Assembly: GCA_965287045.1 (NCBI GenBank)
Contig: OZ336875.1
Span: 78,244,001 to 78,308,000 of the forward strand
From: Carcharhinus amblyrhynchos
Taxonomy: Eukaryota
Direction: 5' to 3'
Length of the DNA: 64,000 bases
The position numbers and the translations under genes were made by a program. Below are positions 1-9,575 of the stretch, piece by piece. Numbering within the stretch: the stretch's first letter is position 1; every line of letters begins with the position of its first letter. The notes below the pieces were generated by a model. It was not told where the DNA came from, did not search any database, and saw nothing but the letters and a program-made list of their open reading frames with translations.

Positions 1-30
1 GTTCAGCAGATGACATTTCCCCTACAGATG

Positions 31-44
31 GTTGTCTAGGAAAC
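31..44. promoter_or_regulatory. Candidate RFX X-box motif
   Basis: GTTGTCTAGGAAAC matches the RFX X-box pattern GTYNCY-NN-RGNAAC. Single motif match only. Confidence 0.2.
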
Positions 45-419
45 GAAAGATTCTGGAGTTCCAATTAGAACAGGATGTATATTCTAAGGAACTGAAATAC
101 ACTGACATTTCTCTATTTTTTAGAATATTGATTAACTTAAAAATAAATGTAATATTTAAATAAACACTCACCAGCTCCTCCTCTTCTGCTGTTGTCACCT
201 TATTTCACAGGTAGGTTAACTTAAATGTTTTACTTAACTCATATTATTGATATGTCTTAAATTTTAATTTAATGGAAGTTAAGAATTCTTTAATGTTACT
301 GTCTCTCTTTATTTGATTTTAACTAGATCTGCCTGGATCTGTTAAGAACTGATTGTACATTGTTTAATTCTCATTTAACTACAAAGAATAAAATACTCTT
401 TTATACACTTGGCTAGCAA

Positions 420-630
420 TTTTCAATATTTTTTAAATGACCTAGTATCCATTGCTTTTTGTGTGAAAGAGTTTCACTTATCAACCACCCTTTGTGTGAT
501 GAAATGTTTCTTAATCTTTCTCCTTATTGGCCTACCTCTGATCTTAAGGTTCTGTTCCCTTGACGTAGAATACTCCACCAGTGGAAAAAGTTTTTTTCTA
601 TCCACCTTATCAATTTCTTTCAAAATCTTA
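420..630 (-). mobile_element. CR1 LINE fragment (3' part of ORF2), decayed
   Basis: Minus strand resembles the CR1 ORF2 C-terminus (KILKEIDKVDR..LFPLVE.S..R..NLKIRGRP..RE..KHFITQRVV). Confidence 0.7.
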
Positions 631-671
631 AATACTCACTACGCTGTTGATTATAACAACAATTTTTGAGT

Positions 672-898
672 GAGGGTTGGTTTAGCTTAGTTGGTTGGGT
701 GGCTGGTTAGTGATGCAAAGCAACAGCAAGGCTTCAATTCCTGTTACCAGCTGAGCTTATTCATAAAAGTCCCACCTTCTCAGTCTTGCCCCTCACCTGA
801 GGTGAGGTGATCCTCAAGTTAAATCATCCCTAGTCCGCTCTGCCACTCAAAAGGACTAGCAGCCTATGATCATCTGGGACTAATGGCAACTTTACCTT
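672..898 (+). mobile_element. tRNA-derived SINE with 12-bp TSD
   Basis: A-box-like TAGCTTAGTTGG, B-box-like GCTTCAATTCC, CTTTA-type tail. Flanked by perfect direct repeat CAATTTTTGAGT (660-671, 899-910). Confidence 0.8.
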
Positions 899-1379
899 CA
901 ATTTTTGAGTCGATGCCGAACTTGAATTATGGCTCTCACTTGTATTATTTATGTCACTGATAAAACATAATGAATCATTTAATGCTGCAGCACAGATCTT
1001 TGGCTATCATTTTGCACAGGACTGAAGTCTTTCTTCCCCCACCCCGCAACGCCTCCAGTGTAAATGTTGGGACAAGCCTATCCTTGCTCTGCCAGTTCGA
1101 ATCGCAGCTTTTTACCAGCTGGCAGGCTATTTACTGGGATTAATGTGGGACTTTGACCCCCAAGTGGGGAGGAAGCATGCCCTCTGTGAACTGCTGGACA
1201 ATCAAATGGCCAATGGCTTTCTGCTCTTAGCAGTGCCACCCTAACGATGGCCATTGATGGGACTACATCCAATCCCTATCAGCAACCGTCAATGAGGCCT
1301 GAGATGAAGGTAAGGGGTGAGGGCATCACCAGAGCCAGACTGGCAGGCCCGAGGGGAGGGGGAGAATGAGGGGGTGGAG

Positions 1380-1470
1380 AGCAGAATAGGACTGACTCTT
1401 TTAGAGAACAGATGTAGACCGGATGGGCAGAATGGCCTCCTTCTGTGCTTTAAAGATTCTGTGATTCTGG
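1380..1470 (+). mobile_element. CR1-type 3' terminus
   Basis: GATGGGCAGAATGGCCTCCTTCTGTG followed by a GATTCTGTGATTCT tail. Confidence 0.7.
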
Positions 1471-1699
1471 ACAGGTCAGAGTAATGGGAAATGTGGAATG
1501 GGAGACAATTCCTTTGGGCGGTGGACAATTGGATCAAGGGGTCCATAAAGGAGGTAACCCTAATTGCTGCCTATTACAAGCCTGAGCAGGTAAAACTATC
1601 ATATTTCGCATTTGACACTGGTCTCCAACCACCATGGGAAAAATTGCAGCGATGCAGGAAGATGCCCTTAAATGACTATCAATTGTCACTGCCCTCTAT

Positions 1700-2271
1700 C
1701 TTCTACTGATCAACCAATCTCCTAACCAGATAAATAATTTGCCTTCAATTCCTTAACTTTTAGTTTTATCTACCAGCCTGTATCATGGAAACTTCTCAAG
1801 CCTATGTAATTTACTTCCACAAATAGTTCTCTGATTACTACAATAGTAATTACCCAAAAATGTAATTGGTTTTGTTCGGCATGACCTACCTATTACAAAT
1901 TCACACTGGCTCTCTCTAAGTAGCTCAAATTTCTCAAGTCACTCTCCTTAACGATAGATTCTAACAACCCTCTGACAACAGAAAGTTCTTGGTTTTTCTC
2001 TCACCATTCTTAAATAATGGAGTTACATTTGCAGTTTTCCAAGCTAAAAATCCTGAATCAAGAGAATTTTGGAAGATTATGGGCTAAGGAATCTGCAATT
2101 TCATCACCTACTTTCTTAAACCCCTGGGGTGGAAATCCTTGGGGTCTGAAGGATTTGCGGACATTACTTTTTCTCAACTGTGTTATTTTTGTTTACATTA
2201 ATCTGAGTGGATTTCAGTCCACGATTCATTATTCATTTTCCAAAAATATCAGGTATATTCTCCTCTTTCTC
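1700..2271 (-). mobile_element. CR1 LINE RT-region fragment, interrupted by an LTR element
   Basis: Minus strand shows decayed P..FHPR.L.KV..EIADSL..IFQNS and QCEFV.GRSC.T.PI motifs. The SVFT motif (TGTGAAGACTGA on +) resumes right after 5487. Confidence 0.7.
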
Positions 2272-2529
2272 TCTTGTAAGATGTTTAGTGTAGTTTAGGA
2301 TGCCTAATCAAGAGGTTCTGAATCTTGTATAATTTAGTAGTAAGCGTTTATTGACTACATAGTGGACAGCCTAAGCTAGGATCTGTCTCTGTGCTTTCCT
2401 CAACACATGTCTCTGTCCAGTACAAGATTGTCTTCTAGACTTGGGTCATGTGTTCCTTTACATCACAGTATGAGTAGCACTGTACCCAGTAAAACTTTAA
2501 CCTTTTTTATGTCAGACCTTTATAGTACA
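2272..2529 (-). repeat. 3' LTR of the minus-strand Gypsy-like element
   Basis: Ends ...TATAGTACA next to the PPT; aligns by eye with 5249-5487. Confidence 0.8.
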
Positions 2530-5248
2530 TCTCTCCCCCAAATCTTTATCCAACATATTTACAATGCGTTCTGTTAACCCAACATATTTACATTATTTCT
2601 ATCATACCTTTTCTACCCATCCCTCTTCAAGTCTCTGTGTTTCTGCTTCAGTCTATCTAGATGCGTTATAATTCTTTCAGGTCTTGTTTTCACAAGTAAA
2701 AGTAAAAACAAGTAAAAAAGAGTAATATTCTCTGTTATACTGGGTAAGCCTTGATGAATGGAAAGGTACTGTCGTCATTCTTGGCATTTTGTTGATCGAT
2801 CTTAATTCTCTTTTTTTGTTCTTTGGAATTGAACCGCTCCTTCTCGACTCCCCATCAAGTGTTGTCAATTTCATGGGATTTTTCTGTTCCTTACAGAGAC
2901 AACAAACTCACAGTTTGTGTCTGTTGTGTTTTTCTTCTTATGTGTGGTTTGCCATAATGCATGTTGGTTTGGAAGATATCTCTCCTTGTTGTGTGGGTGC
3001 GACTTATCAACAGGCTCGTATTGTACTTTAGCTTTCTGCGCATCAATGTTCTTATTAATTTTTTCCTGCCTTACTGAGGTGTGTTGTGGTTAAGTGATGG
3101 CTGATTCTCTATCCCAGCATCATCTGGCTAACTATTGATCTGGCTGGAAGTTGCGATGTCTGTGACATGGTGCCTTGAGGCATCTTGCCAACAGATGTTT
3201 GAGCAGAAGTTAAGGCTCTTCTTGTTGCTGGTTCACCTCTTGGTAACCATATGAGTGGTTAGCTGACCTTGCCAACAAGGAGCTTCTGGCACCTGCAAAG
3301 AAAATGAACAAACCAGCTCTTCAAAAGTGCAGATAATTTGGAGTTGAAGTCCCAATCAAGAGTGTTTTTTCTGTTCGTGCTCTCAGGAATTTGCAGTTCT
3401 GTATAATTGAAGACAGTGATTGTTCTGATGGCATCTGCTGTTTTAGAAAGAGGAACACAAGCACCTCTGCTTAGAAGAGAAGAAGACTGGTCACAGATGG
3501 CGTACATGGCTTCAAAGATTTGTTTGCCAAAATATGTTTGTGGTTCCAGAATCATACCTATAACTGGAAGCCTGATTCCTCCAGTGTCATAGAGTGAGGT
3601 ATCATTCATAGTCAGAAGTTTCTCAGCCACAATTCCCTGTCTGAGAGGATCGTAACACCAGCTCCCATGTCCAATTTAAAGTTTGTGAGATGACCATGAA
3701 CTGAGAAGATCAAGTTCCAGAATCTCTTAACATGGGAGTGCTTCCTCTTGGTGAAGCATGTTAATCTCATGAGTCATCTTGAAATGATTTGTGTGTCTGG
3801 TTTTGTTACCTTTGCATATCTTTCTAAAGTGTCCTGTGCAGTTGAAATTAAAACATTGTGCTGAGACTGCTGGACATTGGTCATGCCTGCAGGGTCACTT
3901 GGCTCCACAACACTGGCATAGTTGCCCACCCTTTAGCATCAGTTAGGTTATTGCATCCCTTGGCCTAGAGTGTCCCTGCTCCCCTGCAGTTTTATGAGCT
4001 GGGCAGTAGGATTTGATCTGTACCATGTTCTGTCTTCGCCTTTAAGACAGATTTGTGCTGTAAATGGATTTCAGGCTGTCTGATAATCTGAATGACCTTT
4101 TCAAGGGTGAAATCCTCCTTATGTTGAAGCATGTTTGAGAGTGTATCATCCACCACTCTGACAAAAGTTCTTTCCTGATTAGTTCTGATTTCAGGTCACC
4201 GTATTCAGTCTTTAGTCACTTTGTATAGCTTATTACTAAAGGAGGTTAACAGGTTCTTCTGGCTGTTGGATAACAAAATTTTGTTAAACTTTGTTACTTC
4301 AAGAATCTGGTTACTCCTCAAATTAAAATATGTGTCAAATAAGTTTAAAACTTTGTCAAATCATGCAGAGGATTTCTTGCATCATCAGATATTGGACCTA
4401 CTGAATAAAGCAGTGTGTTAACCTGTTCAACTTCTGTCTATTTATCGAGACCTGAAGCAATCATGAATATAAGGAATCTCTTTCTCCAAAGTCCCCAATT
4501 TTGTGACTGATCTGGGCCTTGGATGTGTCCAAGCTAGTCTGGTAAATCATATCTCTGGTCTAAAGTCATTTAAATGTCAAAATGTGTATAGCTTTATGTG
4601 CTGTTAGAAAATCTAAGATGATGCTGCCGCACTCTTCTTCTCAATGAAGTTTCTGGTACTTGTGGGTTTTAGCAGGCTTCTGCAATAATGGCATTCTGTA
4701 TTTTAAAACTTTAACAGCAACTCTCTGGATCAACCTATCAACCTTTTTTAGACAATCTCAAGGTTCCAAAGTCTTTTTGGGCTGTGAAACTATCAATTCC
4801 CAGCTTTTACTGGGTTTTTTAACTGTTGATCATTTGTTACTTAATTTTTTTTAGTCCTATGTGAACGTGGACACACTTGGTCAGGTGGTAATTCAGCTAT
4901 TTGTGATGCTTTATGAAATAGCAATTATGATGGCCGCGGACTTGGTTTTCTAAAACTCATCTGGCCAAGAAACCTTTTACCTCATCCCTTTCTAGTCTTC
5001 TGACTCTGCACACCTTGGATATTGAAGAGGACTTCCATGGAATTCAATGGAATCTGCTGGTTTAGTGTGGAGTTTTATTTCTGCCTCCCACTTCTAATCC
5101 TCCTCTGGAGCCCCTCTCAGGCAATCTCCTTCTGCACCTTCACTTCTGGTGCTTCCTGTCAGATCTGAATGCTGCCCTTTTCAATCTTCAAGTTTTTAAG
5201 TTTTATCTCCAGTTTTGAGTTTCTGGCTTATTCCGATAGCTGCTGTTA

Positions 5249-5487
5249 TGTCGTAAGGTGTGTGTAGTTCAGCAGGTTTCATGAAGAGATTCTGTGTCTT
5301 GTACAGTTTAACAGTAAATGTTTGTTAACTAACTTGCATCTTTATACATATATACAATCTCCATGTTTGCTAATACACAAGTTTCTTTCTAGCACAAAAT
5401 GTCCTGTAGGCTCCTTTACATAACAGTGTGGGTGGTACTGTACCCAGTCCTACATTAACCCTTCCTAAGCCAGACCCTTATACTACT
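5249..5487 (-). repeat. 5' LTR of the minus-strand Gypsy-like element
   Basis: Shares AAGAGRTTCTG..TCTTGTA and CCTTTACAT.ACAGT.TG.GT...ACTGTACCCAGT with 2272-2529. Confidence 0.8.
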
Positions 5488-5577
5488 TTCTGTTCTGTGA
5501 AGACTGAATTCCTATTCATCAAGAATGACAATAAGAAAGGAATGTACATCTGTTGTGTACCTGCTCTCCACTCTACC

Positions 5578-5707
5578 NNNNNNNNNNNNNNNNNNNNNNN
5601 NNNNNNNNNNNNNNNNNNNNNNNNNNNNNNNNNNNNNNNNNNNNNNNNNNNNNNNNNNNNNNNNNNNNNNNNNNNNNNNNNNNNNNNNNNNNNNNNNNNN
5701 NNNNNNN
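5578..5707. other. 130-nt run of N (assembly gap or masked sequence)
   Basis: Directly visible. ORFs crossing it are artefacts. Confidence 0.99.
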
Positions 5708-6479
5708 TTCTGCATTAATAGAAGATGGATGCCAATTTCAGTCCAGTAACTGGTTCAATACATTTGCGAGCAGAGAAAGGGAAAATACTAACAGTAGATC
5801 GTAAAAAGAGCTATCAATAATTAATAAGTTATTAAATTAGTTGAATATTACCATTCCAACTATAAAATAATGATTTTGTTTCCATAGTTCATATAAGCCT
5901 ATAATCTGAGAAGAGTTTAACTTAAAGGAGAACTCTTAAAAGACCCAATGTGGACTGGTCTAACAATTCACAAGTGATTTATGATAGCTAACACACTTTA
6001 GTATGATATAGAATTAACTTAATGGTGCAGAAATAAATCGGAACCCGCCTGGTGTTTCTCAGTTCTATAGAGAAGTTAAAATTTGTTTGTACTTTTTGAC
6101 TATATCTGCTAACTAACACACATTTGAAGATGACATGTTGCTGGCAGTTTGGTGTAGCCTGTGGGGTGAACAGTTTGACATAAACCATTGTTTGTGCAAT
6201 ATTTGACAGGGCAGATATATCAGCTCTTTGACAGAGGGAGAGAACCATGGGCAATACTAATTTACATCCAGGAGTAAGCGCGAACATTGAGTTAACCTTT
6301 TTTTAACCAATATTTAGAGTTGAGTAAACTATATTGCTCATGACAATTAACCCAATTTTTAATCAAAGAGAAAAATACTAATGATCCCACTATTCAAATG
6401 TTTAATATGTTTATCTAAAGCATTGACACTCTCATGAGTTTTTTTTAGACAACTGTCCCACTGCATCGCAGTGTTTTAA

Positions 6480-6878
6480 TTTTTTTTTTGTTTATTTATT
6501 CACAGGATGTGGCCATCACTAATTGCCCTTGAGAAGGTGGTGAATTGCACTGAAAGTGCTGTTAGGGAGGGAGTTTATTCCTTTTAGATTTTGTAGGAGT
6601 TTGATACAAATGTGCATAATTTAAGAGTCAACTGCATTGCTGTGGGTCTGGAGTCACATGATTTTCTTTTCTGAAAGGCATTAGTGAACCGAATGGATTT
6701 TTACAACAATGGACAATGGTTTCGTGGTCACTATAACTGAGTCTAGTTTCTAATTCCAGATTTTGATTAATTGAATTTAAATCTTGCCAGCTGGTGTGGT
6801 AGCATTTGAATCCAGATCCCCAGAGCATTAGCCTTGGCTTCTGGATTAGTGACATTACCTCTATACCACTACCTCTCT
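6480..6878 (-). mobile_element. tRNA-derived SINE (same family as 9243-9575)
   Basis: T-rich tail on +. Body GGCATTAGTGAACC..ATGG and TTCCAGATTTT..TTGAATTTAAAT; head with box-like TTTGAATCC and CACTACCTC on the reverse strand. Confidence 0.8.
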
Positions 6879-8044
6879 CCAGTGTATGCAGTGTAGGAGA
6901 TTTAAAATCAGTCTTGAAGCAATGAATAGGCATCTAATTACATTAACAAATGCTTAGATCATGGGGAAATCCCATGATTACAACCATTAAGTCTATGAAT
7001 AGCAGTTATTAATGTAAATGCCTACATGAATCCACTACTTTGACCTTTCTTGTAATCTTTTACTTGACTTTTGTAATCCAGTTGCCTCTTATTAATGTGT
7101 CTCTTTGGGTTATGGTTATTTAAGATTTGAAGGGTATGTTCCCGGATTTCTTTTAGTTGGAGACTTCGAGTCAGAAATAGTGTTAAGACCATTTTCAAGC
7201 CTGAAATAGGTATTCTGAGCATGTGTCACCTTCAGAAGCCCCAGCTGTGCCCCAAAATAGGGCTTGGACCTCATGATGGGCTGCAGATTAATTGGAAATT
7301 CCTCAGGGTTGAAGCAGCCAGTGCCTCATGGAAGATCTGTGTCTCCCCAGTGCTCGAACACTCAAGGGTGAACTGTCCCTCATGTTTGTGGGGGAGTCTG
7401 TCAGTCAAGACCAATCTCATAAAGTGATTGATTTTCCTAATTTAGTAAAAAAAAATTCAATCAGCAGTGAAGGCATAGGGTCCTGGAATTAGCCATTTTA
7501 AAAAGATTTTTGTGGAATCTTGAGCCTAGTTCTTTACAGCTGTGCAGGAGAGGTACCATTTTAGAAGGACTGCGTATTTTAAATTTGCTGATGACACCCT
7601 TGGGCAGCGTGGAGAGTAATTGCCTCTGATAAAGACTTTCAGGAATCCTGATTGTAAAATCAACATGTTGCACAATTTGGAGTATTTAGTTTAGATGCCA
7701 TTTTTGATAAGGGGCCATATCAATTAATTTTGAATCATGCCCAGGGAGTTAGGGGAAAATAAAGTGAGCGTACTCTTACATGCTCTGACAGTATTGTTTT
7801 CACTGTAACCTACAAAATAATAGCAAAGAAGGAGCATTTGGCCTTATGCAATTTCAAAAACAATCTTAAACAAATACTATTCATTATCTTACACCCATGG
7901 AGTTTCTTGTAATTTTTGATTTCTTGAACACTTTGAATTTGGTGCCATGCTGTCTCATTTTTAAATGCTCATCATCCATTAAGTTGATCTGCTCTTATCT
8001 GCTATTATATTTGATACCCAGATTGCTAATTCATGTCAATGAGC

Positions 8045-8370
8045 TAATAGGATTCTACAGCACAGAATGAGGCAATTTGGCCTTTAGTGCCTGCGCCAAC
8101 ACTTTGAAAGAACTATCAGGATAGTCCTCCTTCCCCATTCTTGTTATCCAGCTATTTCTTCCTTTCAAGCTTTTAGAAAGTTAATATTGAATCTGCGTCC
8201 ATCATGTTTTCATGGAAGGTTATTGAAGATTATAATTTAGCGTGTAAAAGATTTTCACTGACAATTACATTAAATCTGTGATTACAAGCCTTTCTGCCAG
8301 TAACTGCAATTTTACCTTATTTACTTGATCGAAATCTTTCATAATTTTGAACACCACTTAACTCTGACCC
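8045..8370 (-). mobile_element. CR1 3' fragment
   Basis: Tail TACAGCACAGAATGAGGCAATTTGGCC; TTGAATCTGCGTCCATC; GAAATCTTTCATAATTTTGAACACC. Confidence 0.65.
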
Positions 8371-8810
8371 ATGTTGAAATGTTTTGAAGTATAACCATAA
8401 AAGTAGCTGGTTAAGCAAACAGCTTAGGCTGAGACAAATGGAGACTGGTATTGTAAAATGAAATACCATAAAGCTTAAGTGTTTTATTGTGGCAGCACGT
8501 GGTGATGGTCGAAGAGAGCAGCAAGCAGATGGACTGGTTAGCGCCTGCGGGCCCCTCCCAACTGAGAAGGGAGAGACTGCAGCCAGGAGCTGGAGCAGCA
8601 GATCAAGCCAGGTGAGTCACTGCGTTTGGGAGCCAAGGCCACAAGTAAGACAGAGATCTGGAGCATTGACAGTGAATATTCTCTGTAAATAATTTGCTTC
8701 TAGAAGTTACTCTTTCCCCTGAGAGTTTATATGGCTTTGATGTTAGTGGAATAAAGGAATCTTGTTTTTAATCTTTGTGCCACCCATGTGCTTAATATCA
8801 TGTTACATCC

Positions 8811-8828
8811 TGGTGTCAGAAGTGAGAT
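8811..8828 (+). other. Primer-binding site (tRNA-Leu type)
   Basis: TGGTGTCAGAAGTGAGAT lies 3 nt after the LTR end TTACA, one mismatch from the common TGGTGTCAGAAGTGGGAT PBS. Confidence 0.8.
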
Positions 8829-9242
8829 TTTACAACACAGACTTTGAACCATAGTGAACGAGATGAAAAGGTGCCTGTCCAGGATGGAGCAGATGGTGAC
8901 AGAACTGAAACTGGGAGGCCCAAGTGGCTGCAGTTCTAACAGAGAGCGGGCTTCACAGGAGGAAGCTCAGTAGGAGTAGATGTTACCAGTGTGCCTTCTT
9001 TTAATATAGCAACGAGGGCCTGACTATCCCATAATGTATGTACTTTCTGCTGATGGATAGGAGATTTGACAGATTTGGGGAAAGATCAGAGACGTCCAAC
9101 AATTTGGCAGCCCTTGACTAACTAGATCAAGGGCACACAGCTGCTCATAGCATCCAGAGGCTTCAATGAAAGGGACCATATGGTTTTGTGATGGAACATC
9201 TGCATGAGCAAGCTAACAGGGAAATTCTAGAACAGATGCAAA

Positions 9243-9575
9243 GGGGGAGACAGTGGCCTAGTGGTAGTATCGCTAGACTTTAATTCAGAAACTCAGCTAA
9301 TGATCTAGGGCATGGGGTTCGAATCCTGCCATGATAAGTGGTGAAATTTGAATTCAATAAAACATATCTGGAATTAAGAATCTACTGATGACCATGAAAC
9401 ATTGTCGGAAAAACCCATCTGGTTCACTAATGCCCTTCAGGGGAGAAAGCCCTTACCTGGTCTAGCTCCAGAAATGTGGGTGATTCTCAACTGCCCTCCA
9501 AGGGCTACTTGAGATGGGCAACAAATGCTGGCCAGCCAGCAACTCCCACGTCCCACAAATAAATAGGAAAAAAAA
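9243..9575 (+). mobile_element. tRNA-derived SINE inserted in the LTR element's gag region
   Basis: A box TGGCCTAGTGG, B box GGTTCGAATCC. Tail GGGCAACAAATGCTGGCCAGCC...AATAAATAGGAAAAAAA. Confidence 0.85.

Larger units (their letters stand above)
2272..5487 (-). mobile_element. Gypsy-like LTR retrotransposon, decayed and internally deleted
   Basis: Diverged LTR pair (2272-2529, 5249-5487) with shared ends (TYGTAAG... / ...CAGACCYTTATASTAC). PPT GGGGGAGAGA on - at 2530-2539. TSD TTCTC/TTCTG. Gag motifs EQVNTLLYS and EYGDLKSELIR, Zn-knuckle CPAVSAQCFN.NCTGHFRKIC (~3815-3880), protease FKLDMGAGVTIL (~3650-3685). Confidence 0.85.

Noticed and set aside
3259-3630. 123-aa minus ORF as a host gene
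   Set aside because: Lies in the protease region of the decayed LTR element.
5428-5804. Four ORFs spanning the N run
   Set aside because: Open only because N codons contain no stops.
9243-9330. tRNA genes here and at other A/B-box sites (672, 26036, 54852)
   Set aside because: The boxes continue into SINE bodies and tails, and no cloverleaf is evident.
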